Below are positions 10,939-21,449 of a stretch of 64,000 nt of DNA, in pieces; position 1 is the first letter of the stretch, and each line of letters begins with the position of its first letter. This DNA comes from Tubiluchus corallicola (Eukaryota; Animalia; Priapulida), in assembly GCA_030141605.1 (NCBI GenBank), contig JAQGDQ010002385.1, positions 1 through 64,000 on the forward strand, written 5' to 3'. The notes beneath the pieces were generated by a model that did not search any database, was not told where the DNA came from, and worked only from the letters and a program-made list of their open reading frames with translations. Position numbers and translations under genes: made by a program.

Positions 10939-11830
10939 TTTTATAAAAAAACTAACAGATATAGCCAGAAAAGATAAACGTGTCGTTTTACTGACCGCTG
11001 ATTTAGGCTTTTCAGTACTTGAGGAATTTGCTCATGAATTTCCAGATAGATTTTATAATGTGGGAGTATCAGAGCAAAATATGATAGGAGTTGCAACTGG
11101 CCTTGCTGAAAGTGGGTTTATACCATTTACTTACTCTATTGCTCCTTTCTCCCTGCTGAGACCATACGAATTCATAAAAAATGGCCCGATTCTTCATAAT
11201 CTACCGATTAGAATAGTCGCTATCGGACCTGGTTTTGAATATGGAAACCTTGGCACCACCCATCATCTAATTGAAGATATCGCTGTTACCAGATTATTTC
11301 CAAATTTATCTATATATTCACCAATTAACAGTAAAAACACTGAAGACTTATTAGAAAGCTCATACCAAGAAAATAACCCTATTTATTATCGTATTGGTAA
11401 AAATAAAAAGTCTTTATCCGATAATTTGCACTATCATCAACAAGATAATTATATTGAATTATCTAAAGGTAACGACTCTGTCTGTCTTTTTGGTATAGGC
11501 TCCATCATCGAAGAGATAATTAAATGTAATCAATCTTTAGAAAAAGAAGTCTCTAGCTACGCTATAACAAAAATTAATAATAATTTATCAAATAATTTAC
11601 TCCCAATAATAAAACAATATAGTAAAGTGATCACAGCTGAAGCTCATTATATTAACGGAGGTATCGGATCAATGATTGCTGAAATAATTGCTGAAAACCA
11701 ATTGCCAGTTAAACTCGTTCGTTTGGGAGTAAACAAAATTTCAGACGGTATATTTGGAGATACAGAGTTTATGTATGAAAAACACAATATTTCTTACAAA
11801 AGTATACTAAAATATATAGAAAATAACTAA
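10928..11830 (+). CDS. Transketolase C-terminal subunit
   Basis: LTADLG, FYNVGVSEQNMIGVATGLA, GTTHH, EAHYINGGIGS. Confidence 0.92.
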   Translation: MRNDFIKKLTDIARKDKRVVLLTADLGFSVLEEFAHEFPDRFYNVGVSEQNMIGVATGLAESGFIPFTYSIAPFSLLRPYEFIKNGPILHNLPIRIVAIGPGFEYGNLGTTHHLIEDIAVTRLFPNLSIYSPINSKNTEDLLESSYQENNPIYYRIGKNKKSLSDNLHYHQQDNYIELSKGNDSVCLFGIGSIIEEIIKCNQSLEKEVSSYAITKINNNLSNNLLPIIKQYSKVITAEAHYINGGIGSMIAEIIAENQLPVKLVRLGVNKISDGIFGDTEFMYEKHNISYKSILKYIENN

Positions 11831-11845
11831 AGAAAATATAAAAAA

Positions 11846-12625
11846 ATGACCAAAGCAGTAATATTAGCAGGCGGGTACGGAACAAGAATCTCAGAGGAAA
11901 CGGACTCTTTTCCAAAGCCAATGATTAAAATAGGGGATAAGCCAATAATTTGGCATATAATGAAAATTTACTCCTTTTATGGAATAAATGATTTTATTAT
12001 ATGCTTGGGTTATAAAGGGTATTCATTTAAAGAGTATTTTGCTAATTACTATAGGCACACAGTAGAGAGTATAACATTTGATTTAAAAAATGGCAGCGCT
12101 AAAATACATAAAGATAATTGTGAGCCTTGGAGAATAACTTTGGTTGAGACTGGTCTGGACACAATGACCGGTGGCAGAATAAAAGCTATAGAAAATTTTG
12201 TCAAGGATGAGGATTATTTTTGTTTGACATATGGAGACGGTCTTTCTGATGTCAACATACAGGAGTTAATAGCTTTTCACAAACAAAGCAACAAAATAGC
12301 AACCTTAACCGCAGTGACTCCTCCTGGAAGATTCGGAGCCCTAGAGATTGATCCTAACAATACGATTACTGACTTCAAAGAAAAACCGGCAGGAGACGGC
12401 GCTTATATAAATGGCGGTTTTTTTGTTTTAAGCCCAAAGATTATTGATTACATTGAAGATGAAAATACTGTTTTTGAAAAGGAACCACTGAAAAAAATAG
12501 CAAAAAACAGCCAGCTAATGTCATATAAACATAATGGATTCTGGCAGTGCATGGATACATTAAGAGATAAAAATTACCTCAATGACTTATGGGATAGTAA
12601 AAAAGCACCTTGGAAAATTTGGTAA
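11846..12625 (+). CDS. rfbF: Glucose-1-phosphate cytidylyltransferase
   Basis: AVILAGGYGTRISEET..PKPM, TMTGGRIK, GFWQCMDTLRDK, APWKIW. Confidence 0.95.
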   Translation: MTKAVILAGGYGTRISEETDSFPKPMIKIGDKPIIWHIMKIYSFYGINDFIICLGYKGYSFKEYFANYYRHTVESITFDLKNGSAKIHKDNCEPWRITLVETGLDTMTGGRIKAIENFVKDEDYFCLTYGDGLSDVNIQELIAFHKQSNKIATLTAVTPPGRFGALEIDPNNTITDFKEKPAGDGAYINGGFFVLSPKIIDYIEDENTVFEKEPLKKIAKNSQLMSYKHNGFWQCMDTLRDKNYLNDLWDSKKAPWKIW

Positions 12626-12627
12626 AA

Positions 12628-13695
12628 ATGAATATTAAAGAGTTTTATAAAAACAAAAAAGTCTTTTTAACAGGGCATACAGGTTTTAAAGGCTGCTGGC
12701 TTGCTATGATTCTAAAAGAAATCGGAGCAGAGGTAATTGGTTATTCCCTCGCTCCAGAACAGAAGAAAAATAATTTATTTAATATCGTTAATGCAGACAG
12801 TAAAATAAAATCAATTATTGCTGATATTCGGGACTATAAAAAATTGGAACAGGAAATTAATAACTGCTCTCCAGATATGGTCTTTCACCTAGCCGCACAG
12901 CCGTTAGTAAGAGAATCCTATTTAAACCCAATAGATACATACTCTACAAATATCACCGGAACAATTAACCTGCTAGAAGCCATTCGAAAAATAAATGGAC
13001 CTATAAAAGCCGTCGTCAATATCACAACTGATAAATGTTACGAAAATCAAGAAAGAAATGAGCCCTATAAAGAAGATGATAAATTAGGTGGTCACGATCC
13101 CTACTCAACCAGCAAAGCATGCAGCGAAATTGTCACAGCATCATATCGTAAATCATTTTATCGTAAAGATAATATAGGTCTCGCCTCTGCTAGAGCGGGA
13201 AATGTAATTGGTGGTGGAGATTTTTCGAAAGATCGTATTATTCCAGATTTAATTAGATCAATAAAAAAAGACAGAAAAACAACCATCCGAAACCCAAACG
13301 CTATCAGACCATGGCAACATGTGTTCGATACTTTATATGGTTATCTTATTTTAGGTCAAAAACTCTATGAGGACCCTAAAAAATACTCTGGATCCTACAA
13401 TTTTTCACCTTTAGATACAAAAGAGGTTAATGTGGAAAATTTAGTTAATAGGTTTCTAGATATAATGAATCAAGGGCAATATGAAATTGATATCTCAGCA
13501 GCAGATCTCCATGAGGCGCAAATACTTAAACTTGACCCCAGTAAAGCGTCACAAGAATTGAAATGGATACCTAAATTTAATGTTGACGAATCTATTAAAC
13601 AAACAGCCATCTGGTACAAAAACTATTTAAATGTTGGCAATGCCGAGAAATATAGCTTTTCCCAATTAAAAAATTATATAAATCTACTAAAGTAA
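12628..13695 (+). CDS. rfbG: CDP-glucose 4,6-dehydratase
   Basis: TGHTGFKG, HLAAQPLVRESY, DPYSTSK, RAGNVIGGGD, RPWQHV. Confidence 0.95.
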   Translation: MNIKEFYKNKKVFLTGHTGFKGCWLAMILKEIGAEVIGYSLAPEQKKNNLFNIVNADSKIKSIIADIRDYKKLEQEINNCSPDMVFHLAAQPLVRESYLNPIDTYSTNITGTINLLEAIRKINGPIKAVVNITTDKCYENQERNEPYKEDDKLGGHDPYSTSKACSEIVTASYRKSFYRKDNIGLASARAGNVIGGGDFSKDRIIPDLIRSIKKDRKTTIRNPNAIRPWQHVFDTLYGYLILGQKLYEDPKKYSGSYNFSPLDTKEVNVENLVNRFLDIMNQGQYEIDISAADLHEAQILKLDPSKASQELKWIPKFNVDESIKQTAIWYKNYLNVGNAEKYSFSQLKNYINLLK

Positions 13696-13708
13696 AGTTT
13701 TGAAAACC

Positions 13709-14926
13709 ATGCAAAAAAACACAGAAAATATTAGCGTTTCCTACGCGAAAACAGTCTATGGCCAAAAAGAAATTGATGCGGTTATAAAATGCCTTAACGA
13801 ATCAACTCAAATGAGTAAATATGCAGGAAAATTCGAAAAAGAAATCGCAAAACTATTTGATAAAAAATATGGATTATTTGTGAATTCTGGCTCTTCAGCA
13901 TTATATATCGGTATGGAGGCAGAAAATTTTCCTAAAGGTCGTGAGGTGATAACACCCGCTTTAACATTTTCAACAACAGTTGGATCTATTATTAAATCCG
14001 GTCTTATTCCTTCATTTGTTGATGTGGGCTTTAATGATTACAACATAAACGTTGATAAAATTGAAGAGATGATCACAGATAAAACTGTAGCGATCCTAGC
14101 TCCTAATCTCATGGGAAATTTATGCCAATGGAATGAGATATCCAAGATTGCTAAAAAGCACAATTTAAGAGTGATAGAAGATTCCGCTGATACTTTGGGT
14201 GGAACTTTACATGGTAATTTATCCGGATCATATAGCGATTGGTCAATTACTAGCTTTTATGGCTCACATATAATCAATTGCGCCGGCAACGGCGGCATGC
14301 TTTGTACTAACGATGGCGATCATTTAAAGGAATCAAAATTACTAAGATCGTGGGGCAGATCCTCTTCTGTATTTGACGAAAAATCCGAGGCTATTGAAAA
14401 TAGATTTAATATCGATGTTGATGGTATAGACTATGACGCAAAATTTATTTTTGAAAAAATCGGTTATAATTTAGAAGGCTCAGAAATAGGCGCCGCTTTT
14501 GGCCTTAAACAATTAGAGGATTTACAAAATAATATTAAAACAAGAGAAGAAAATTTCAAAAGGCAAACCGAGTTTTTTAAACAATATGAAGAATATTTCA
14601 TCTTGCCAAAACAAACAGAAAATACCCGAACCGCTTGGCTTGCTTATCCTGTTATCATAAAAGATAACGCTCCTTTTAAAAGAAGAGATTTTCAAATCTT
14701 CCTAGAAGAACGAAATATTCAAACAAGAACAGTCTTTACAGGAAATATCACCAGACAACCCGGTTATAAAAACCTGGAAATGAGAAAATCAAAAGATGGT
14801 TATAAAAATGCTGATAATGTAATGAGAGGTGGCGTTTTGTTAGCTTGCCATCATGGGCTGAACGATGAAATGTTCCACTATATGCATAAATCTATAAAAG
14901 AATTCATAAATCAACTTTCTCTATAA
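13709..14926 (+). CDS. rfbH: CDP-4-keto-6-deoxyglucose 3-dehydrase-like DegT protein (RfbH/DdhC)
   Basis: VNSGSSA; SFYGSHII with His in place of the PLP Lys, typical of the E1 dehydrase; follows rfbFG. Confidence 0.8.
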   Translation: MQKNTENISVSYAKTVYGQKEIDAVIKCLNESTQMSKYAGKFEKEIAKLFDKKYGLFVNSGSSALYIGMEAENFPKGREVITPALTFSTTVGSIIKSGLIPSFVDVGFNDYNINVDKIEEMITDKTVAILAPNLMGNLCQWNEISKIAKKHNLRVIEDSADTLGGTLHGNLSGSYSDWSITSFYGSHIINCAGNGGMLCTNDGDHLKESKLLRSWGRSSSVFDEKSEAIENRFNIDVDGIDYDAKFIFEKIGYNLEGSEIGAAFGLKQLEDLQNNIKTREENFKRQTEFFKQYEEYFILPKQTENTRTAWLAYPVIIKDNAPFKRRDFQIFLEERNIQTRTVFTGNITRQPGYKNLEMRKSKDGYKNADNVMRGGVLLACHHGLNDEMFHYMHKSIKEFINQLSL

Positions 14927-14928
14927 AT

Positions 14929-16155
14929 ATGAAAATGGCAGAACAAATATCATTAACTATTGGAATACCAGTATATAATACTGAAAAAACAATAAAAACA
15001 ACACTCGACAGTATAGTTTGTCAAGTCAATGATGAACTGAATAGCTGTTGCAACCTGGAAATATTAATATGCGATAACTGCTCTACCGACCATACTCCCA
15101 AAATTATTAAAGAGAACTATATAAAAAAATACCCCCATATCAATATAAGATATCATAAAAATAAAACGAATGTCGGCGCCTCTAAAAATATAGAGATAGT
15201 ACTCCAAAACGCAAAAAGCGATTATGTCTGGCTGTGCGGAGACGATGCATTTTATAACGAATCTATACTTTATGTTCTTAAAATAATCCAACATAATAAA
15301 AAGGCAGGAGTATTAATTGTTAACAGTGATATATACTGCAATCAATTTAAAAAAATAGACCAAACCAGAGAGAAGGATATCAGTAGTGAATATTTTCTTT
15401 GTCATCGTCAGGATGAATTTCTTCACTTTGCCAGAGACAGTATATATTTTCTATCAAGCATTATAGTAAAAGTTGAATGTATGCGTGACTTAGAGGGAAA
15501 AATAAATTTTTCTTCATTTTATCCCCAGACAGAAATTGCACTAAAAACAGCAGAAAACTATACGTCATTAGTAATTACTAAAGCGCTAATAAAAGAAAGA
15601 CGTGACAGCTGGAAACAAACGTTTGATAATGACAAGAAAATTGCTATTGCATTTTGCATGCTGGAAACCTTAGTAAACAATATTTCTTCCTCTCACCCTA
15701 AACAGATCCCTCAATATGAAAGCGCTTCACGAACTATACAAAACTACATTGCTATATATGGCCATACTATAAAAGATAAAGACAAGATAGTCGATTTGTT
15801 TTTAAAATATAAAATATGTGCGGCATATAAGCCTACCTTCTATTTAATCTATATAGTAAGATTCTTAAGCATTAAACATGCGTATAAAATTTTAAGGAAA
15901 TTTTGTATCGCAAAACTCCATAAGAGAAGTCCCTACTCAACAATAGAACGTCTTATTTTGAGAATAATAACTTATATATCCAATATAGTGTTCTTATTCT
16001 CATTTTTTAAATTAATAATACCGACTCTAGAATTTTTATTCCTTAATAAACCATTCCGTGATAATAATCAGATCATGATTATAACCTCAATTTTACTTGT
16101 TTCTATTATTATAAACATTTATACAAAGGTCGTTTTGAAACTATGCCAAAAGTAA
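14929..16155 (+). CDS. GT2 glycosyltransferase with C-terminal hydrophobic segments
   Basis: LTIGIPVYN, ICDNCSTD, WLCGDD. Confidence 0.88.
   Translation: MKMAEQISLTIGIPVYNTEKTIKTTLDSIVCQVNDELNSCCNLEILICDNCSTDHTPKIIKENYIKKYPHINIRYHKNKTNVGASKNIEIVLQNAKSDYVWLCGDDAFYNESILYVLKIIQHNKKAGVLIVNSDIYCNQFKKIDQTREKDISSEYFLCHRQDEFLHFARDSIYFLSSIIVKVECMRDLEGKINFSSFYPQTEIALKTAENYTSLVITKALIKERRDSWKQTFDNDKKIAIAFCMLETLVNNISSSHPKQIPQYESASRTIQNYIAIYGHTIKDKDKIVDLFLKYKICAAYKPTFYLIYIVRFLSIKHAYKILRKFCIAKLHKRSPYSTIERLILRIITYISNIVFLFSFFKLIIPTLEFLFLNKPFRDNNQIMIITSILLVSIIINIYTKVVLKLCQK
14953..15180 (+). repeat. Arm 1 of ~228 bp imperfect inverted repeat (GT2 5' ends)
   Basis: Shares identical 20-28 nt blocks with the reverse complement of 20430-20657, e.g. 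CCAGTATATAATACTGAAAAAACAATAA and CTCGACAGTATAGTTTGTCAAGT. Confidence 0.85.
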
Positions 16156-17297
16156 GCATATTAATACCAGTTTATAATGATGAAGATTTTATAAAAGATC
16201 TTGTAAACTCAATATCAGGACAAACATTCAAAGATTTCGAGTGTTTATTTTATGTGCATGGCTCCACAGATAATTCCAGTAAGATTTTAAAATCGTTAAC
16301 CGAAAATGATAAAAGAATAAAAATTCTGGAATCTAAAACAAACATAGGAAATGGCGCTAATAATGAATTATTAAAACATGCAAAAGGACAATATATAAAA
16401 TTCTTTTGCGCCGACGATATAATGATGCCAGATCTTATACAGGAACAAGTTTCATTTTTTGATGATGATATCAAGAAAAAATATTCCATACTTTTTACAA
16501 AAATGATAATAGTAGACAAAAATGCTCTAGAAATATACAAAGATAATAAAGATGTCGAGAATAAAAACAGATATAAATATTTAAATTATATATTCTATAA
16601 AGGAAATCGATTTCCATTTCCAACACAAATGCTGAGAAAAACAGCAATAAAAAATAATCGATTATTTGATGAAAGATTCGGCCAGATAAATGATTTAGCT
16701 CTCTGGATCAAGCTTTTCTTAGAAGGAAATGAAGCCTATACACTAAACCGTCACCTGGTCAAATATCGGATGCATGGAAACAATATAAGCAACTGTCAAA
16801 ACATTAATCATAAAGCACGGCTTATATTTGAATATCAAAGATTGTTCAAAATATATCTGCAAAAAATTAACACTGTCAATGAGCTTCTCATGATATTCCC
16901 AGAAGCTAAAGAATTTACTGAAAATTTAAATCCAGACGATAATGATTTGATCCCTTTTATAATCTGCCAACTCGCACTAAAAGTTGATAAAAAAATATTT
17001 CCATTTTTGGAAACACATAAAAATTTCGCAATGTCAGAACTATTCACAATGATGGAAAACAAGGAAATCGCCAACAAGATTTATAAACAATTTAATTTTA
17101 GTTATAGCAATCTTAAAGAACTCACTCTCAAGAACCCAAACGGACTAGAATTAGCTTATTTTTTTAACACGCAAAATCTAGACTACTCTTTACCAAAACA
17201 AAAAAGAGGCTTGTTTGGATTACCATATAGAATAAAGAAAAAAATGATGAAAGTAAAAACCAATAGTCTAACAAAAACTATCCAGAAAATAGAATAA
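16143..17297 (+). CDS. GT2 glycosyltransferase
   Basis: VSILIPVYN, GSTDNS, FCADD, YRMHGNN. Confidence 0.88.
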   Translation: MPKVSILIPVYNDEDFIKDLVNSISGQTFKDFECLFYVHGSTDNSSKILKSLTENDKRIKILESKTNIGNGANNELLKHAKGQYIKFFCADDIMMPDLIQEQVSFFDDDIKKKYSILFTKMIIVDKNALEIYKDNKDVENKNRYKYLNYIFYKGNRFPFPTQMLRKTAIKNNRLFDERFGQINDLALWIKLFLEGNEAYTLNRHLVKYRMHGNNISNCQNINHKARLIFEYQRLFKIYLQKINTVNELLMIFPEAKEFTENLNPDDNDLIPFIICQLALKVDKKIFPFLETHKNFAMSELFTMMENKEIANKIYKQFNFSYSNLKELTLKNPNGLELAYFFNTQNLDYSLPKQKRGLFGLPYRIKKKMMKVKTNSLTKTIQKIE

Positions 17298-17473
17298 AAT
17301 AGAATATCTCAGTAAAGATGCGGATAAAATAAATACCTGAAAATAATGTAAACGCCATTAACAATAATAAAACTTAATATAATTATAAAAGCTCTTATGA
17401 AAATAGTATTGATAAACCCAAACTGAAAAAAAAGCTGTATTTGAGATAAAATTTAAGAAATTACAAACATACT

Positions 17474-18080
17474 TTATCTGATATAATCTGCAATTGTTCT
17501 TAAAAACATTCTCAGCATCTTACTTTTAAATTTATCATAATATCCACCCATATTACCTTTTGCATTTATTTCATTCTTAATAAGATTAATAGAATTATTT
17601 GGAATGGCTGGTGATTTATTTATAATATCGTTTTCGACATGGCTAGCACTCTTCCCGCCAAATAAATTAGAAGGTAATGATATTACTTTCCTTGAGGTTT
17701 TTATAGCCGTCCATGTTGGATATTCACAGTAACCTTTCTTTTCCACTTTATCAGTTAACATTAATTCACCCGAAGTTTGTTCTATAAAGCTATCAACAGC
17801 TATTTTAGCCAAAGGCCATCTATCGTGATAGTCATCTCCTGACATTAGGCCTCCAACTTTTAACTTTGGATACCAATCAAAAATCGTTTTACCGCCCTCT
17901 TCTCCAGTGTGGGCATAGCCATCAATATAAATAAAATCCAGAGACTCGTCTTCAAATATATCTAGAGCCTCATCAAATCTCATTTTTAATAATTTGTAAT
18001 TAGAACACAGCCCACATACAGTTAAAGCTTTTTTTGTACTCAGATATATCATGACGATAATAGTTTTCAAAAATTCTCAT
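17474..18080 (-). pseudogene. Class I SAM methyltransferase (Methyltransf_24-like), N-terminally truncated and frameshifted
   Basis: LDFIYIDGYAH...LKVGGLMSGDDY; no SAM motif I; 5' part (ATG 18080, HDISEYKK) joins only via a frameshift in an A7 run at ~18029-18035. Confidence 0.6.
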
Positions 18081-18177
18081 TATAGCTCCCACTGCATAAA
18101 TAAATTGCTAACTTACTAAATCTTAGTTTATACCTGTTATTTACAAGCTCTCACTCTTTCATTTTGATGATTTATAA

Positions 18178-19617
18178 CTATAAAAAAAAATATACAAAAA
18201 CAAAATGATATATCAAAACAAACGAAATGACAACCAGAATATCCTTTCTTTTCAAAGGCTTATTTATATTTCTGAAGAACCTACTCCTCTTTGAAGCTTT
18301 TTCACAATTACCATTATTATCCTGATTATCTTCTGTTTTCTTCTTAAAAATATCCTTAGGATGCTGATAATCCATTATTCTCTGAAAAGTGATTTCAGGA
18401 TCATCATCAATAAGATCATAAAAACTACAATCTATCTTATTATTCCTATATTTCTGTAGAGATTTATCAAGGAAATTAAAGAACCATTTTGCATCATACA
18501 CATAAGTCGTTGGTATCCAATATCTTGTAAATAAGTGGTATAATGCATTATCCTTGTTTTTCGGTTTTTTGTTTTTTAAACTTTTATTAATATCCTGTAT
18601 ATTATCTGCATCACTAAACGCAGATATATGAGAATCCCCTAAAACAAATAAATATTTTTGATAAAAAACCGCTTGCCATCCAACCGTTGAAGCCGTTGTT
18701 ATTACGCCATCAACAAATGGTAATAAAAGTTGTGAGCCATTTTCATATTCACCCAATTCATCTAAATCAATAAAATTACTATAATTATTTTTTAAATACT
18801 CATTTAGATCAGGGTTTAATATTCTTTCCAACCTATGCTCAGTAACGATAACCCCTATGTCTTCGTCTAAGTTATTCAAAATGAACATCATATAATCAAA
18901 CTGATTATCAAATGCACAGTGCTTGAATGTCATAGCGATATCTGATGGCTGTAAGGCTAGTATTACGATATGAGAAAACTGTTTTTTCAGATTATACAGC
19001 CGGTATTTAAATGGATTACTATCACTTTGAAAAATATCCATATATTTTTTTCTGATGCCCGATACCAACTTAGCTTCTTCTTTGTTTAGCTGAGTATTTA
19101 ATAGCTCTTCTCTGTATCTTTTTATATAAGATTTATTTATATTAAGCTCTGTATCAAAATAAATTAAGGATATATATGGAGGTTGAGAAAAAATTCCACA
19201 CTCAAGTAATAACATTAGAGACCCAGGAAATATCTCCTTAAGAAATTCATTTTCTGTTGTTGTAATAACAATATCCGGATTAAAATTTGATATTTTAGAC
19301 TTTACTAACTTACTGAATTTTTCTAACATTCTTGCGTTCTGCAAAATATTTAAATGAAAATCTTTATATCCATTAGAAATATCTGTTAAGTCTGATTGCT
19401 TAATAGCTATTAAATCTATACTAGTATTCGGATTTTCAGATAAGAATTTTTGCATACAGGCATCTGAGCAAATAAATTTTATCTCCCATGGATCATCCCA
19501 TTCTTTAGAAAGAATAACCCATTGCTCTGATGTTTTAATACGCGTATTAATCCATCTATACCGCCATGTAGGAATATTGAGTTCTATCCAAGGTTCTACA
19601 TAAAAAAGTATTTTCAT
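18178..19617 (-). CDS. Capsule polysaccharide biosynthesis/modification protein (KpsS/KpsC-like GT-B)
   Basis: LALQPSD, VTEH, VITTASTVGWQA.F..K..FVLG pattern; C-terminal TM. Confidence 0.65.
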   Translation of the reverse strand: MKILFYVEPWIELNIPTWRYRWINTRIKTSEQWVILSKEWDDPWEIKFICSDACMQKFLSENPNTSIDLIAIKQSDLTDISNGYKDFHLNILQNARMLEKFSKLVKSKISNFNPDIVITTTENEFLKEIFPGSLMLLLECGIFSQPPYISLIYFDTELNINKSYIKRYREELLNTQLNKEEAKLVSGIRKKYMDIFQSDSNPFKYRLYNLKKQFSHIVILALQPSDIAMTFKHCAFDNQFDYMMFILNNLDEDIGVIVTEHRLERILNPDLNEYLKNNYSNFIDLDELGEYENGSQLLLPFVDGVITTASTVGWQAVFYQKYLFVLGDSHISAFSDADNIQDINKSLKNKKPKNKDNALYHLFTRYWIPTTYVYDAKWFFNFLDKSLQKYRNNKIDCSFYDLIDDDPEITFQRIMDYQHPKDIFKKKTEDNQDNNGNCEKASKRSRFFRNINKPLKRKDILVVISFVLIYHFVFVYFFL

Positions 19618-20681
19618 AACAAGTTTCTCAATTTAAAAAACCTCTTATTGGGTTTACGGGTATAAAATTCAAGCATTTCCGCAAAAATAGCAATGGCATA
19701 GGATTTATTAATCATCAAACAGATCTGCAACACTATTTTATCTGATTTTCTATAGAAAGTATCGAATTCAATAAATTTTTTCAAGACATATTCTTTGTCT
19801 CTAACATGTTCAAAGACGCTATTTATTTTTTCTATAGTATACGCTCTCCTTAAGTATTCCTTTCTTCTTTGTTCAGAAAGTCTTTTAAAATCCTTCTTAC
19901 TGATATTTGATAATACTGTATCAATAAAACTAAAGGCAATGCCAGCGTTAGTATCCGCTATATCTTTCAATTGCCATCTATCATAAGAACCTTGCCCTAC
20001 AAGATTCTTTTCTTCTACTATCAGGATAGCCTTATTTTGCTTTTTAATAATTTTTAATAAAATATCAGTATGAGGAAAAAACCCATCATATTTATAAGAA
20101 CTGTGATTCATAACATCTAAAGCATCTTCTCTTTTTAAAAGATAACCGCCTATAAAAAACAACCTGCAAATACCATGAGTTAATAACTCTACAGAGTTGT
20201 TGATTAGAATATTCTTGCCGTTATTTGTTAATATTGACTGAGCAAAACTCTTGCTAAAATCTCCTTGATAATAGAAATTTGCCCTCATTAGTATGGCAGA
20301 TAAATCAGCTGTATCATCACTCAATCTATTTAAAATATATGCTATCGAGCCCTTTTCCAACTTATCATCCCCCTGTAACCAGAGATATGTTCCACAAGCG
20401 TTTTTAATAACCTCATAGACATTTTTAATCGGCCCTATATTGGCCTCATTTTTATGATATCTTATATTGATATCAGGATATTTTTTTATATAGTCCTCTT
20501 TAATAATTTTAGGAGTATTGTCAGTAGAGCAATTATCGCATATTAATATTTCTAAATTACAACAACTGGCTAATTCATCATCTACTTGACAAACTATACT
20601 GTCGAGCGTTGTTCTTATTGTTTTTTCAGTATTATATACTGGAATCCCAATGGTTAGCGGTACTTTATTTTGGTTTTTCAT
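19614..20681 (-). CDS. GT2 glycosyltransferase, paralog of 14929-16155
   Basis: LTIGIPVYN...ICDNCSTD...WLQGDD; N-terminal ~75 aa nearly identical to 14929 gene. Probable start 20681 (ORF track 20708). Confidence 0.88.
   Translation of the reverse strand: MKNQNKVPLTIGIPVYNTEKTIRTTLDSIVCQVDDELASCCNLEILICDNCSTDNTPKIIKEDYIKKYPDINIRYHKNEANIGPIKNVYEVIKNACGTYLWLQGDDKLEKGSIAYILNRLSDDTADLSAILMRANFYYQGDFSKSFAQSILTNNGKNILINNSVELLTHGICRLFFIGGYLLKREDALDVMNHSSYKYDGFFPHTDILLKIIKKQNKAILIVEEKNLVGQGSYDRWQLKDIADTNAGIAFSFIDTVLSNISKKDFKRLSEQRRKEYLRRAYTIEKINSVFEHVRDKEYVLKKFIEFDTFYRKSDKIVLQICLMINKSYAIAIFAEMLEFYTRKPNKRFFKLRNLL
20430..20657 (-). repeat. Arm 2 of ~228 bp imperfect inverted repeat
   Basis: Reverse complement aligns without gaps to 14953-15180. 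Confidence 0.85.
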
Positions 20682-21449
20682 CTTAATAAAAACGCCTCGC
20701 TTAAACATGAAAGTTATTTAAATTATAAATACTTACAGTATTCAGACTCTGATCAAAATATCAAGTCATCTTCACCCAAACTAAATTGGCCTTGTAGATC
20801 AATAGCAAAATCACTTTTTTATCCTGTTTTTTAGAACATATTCTCCTTCCTATTTTAAATTCTTTTATCTTTTCAATGATTATATTTCCTGAGAACTTAA
20901 ATTACAATTAAACATTTACGACATAAATCGCGGTTTAAAAAAACTCTCTGTCACGCAAAATACAGAAAATACTGAGCTTTTAAAACTATGCAACCAGAAA
21001 CCTATGAAAGTTAGCTTCAGATTAAGGGCGGAGTATTAAACCTCTCCGGTTCGAGCCACTGTTTTCCTTCATTGGAAACAATAATCGCCGCAAAATACGC
21101 GGTGATTATGTGCACTATTCTCCGCATACCGATTGAATGACCATTTTGCCAAAGTCAGCAATATGGTCAGGCAGATTTTTGCGCATACTTTCCAGCCAGC
21201 AGAATATATTGACTAATTTTATCTGCCCCACAGTGCCACAAGGAATTTCCAGCAACTTGGAATTTGCGTCTACAGCGGTCAAACATCGTGTAAGAGAGAG
21301 TGTAGCATTAAGACGATTCTTTCTGTAAAAAATTCAATGTCACGCCGCAATTCTTCAATTTTGAGTATCACCCTCAGTAGCCGGACGTATACCACCATCA
21401 CACGCCAGAATTATGTTCCTGATCACAATGTCATCTATGATAAGGACGC

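Noticed and set aside
21026-21420. GGTTCGAGCC T-loop-like sequence and short ORF debris
   Set aside because: No cloverleaf and no recognisable protein family
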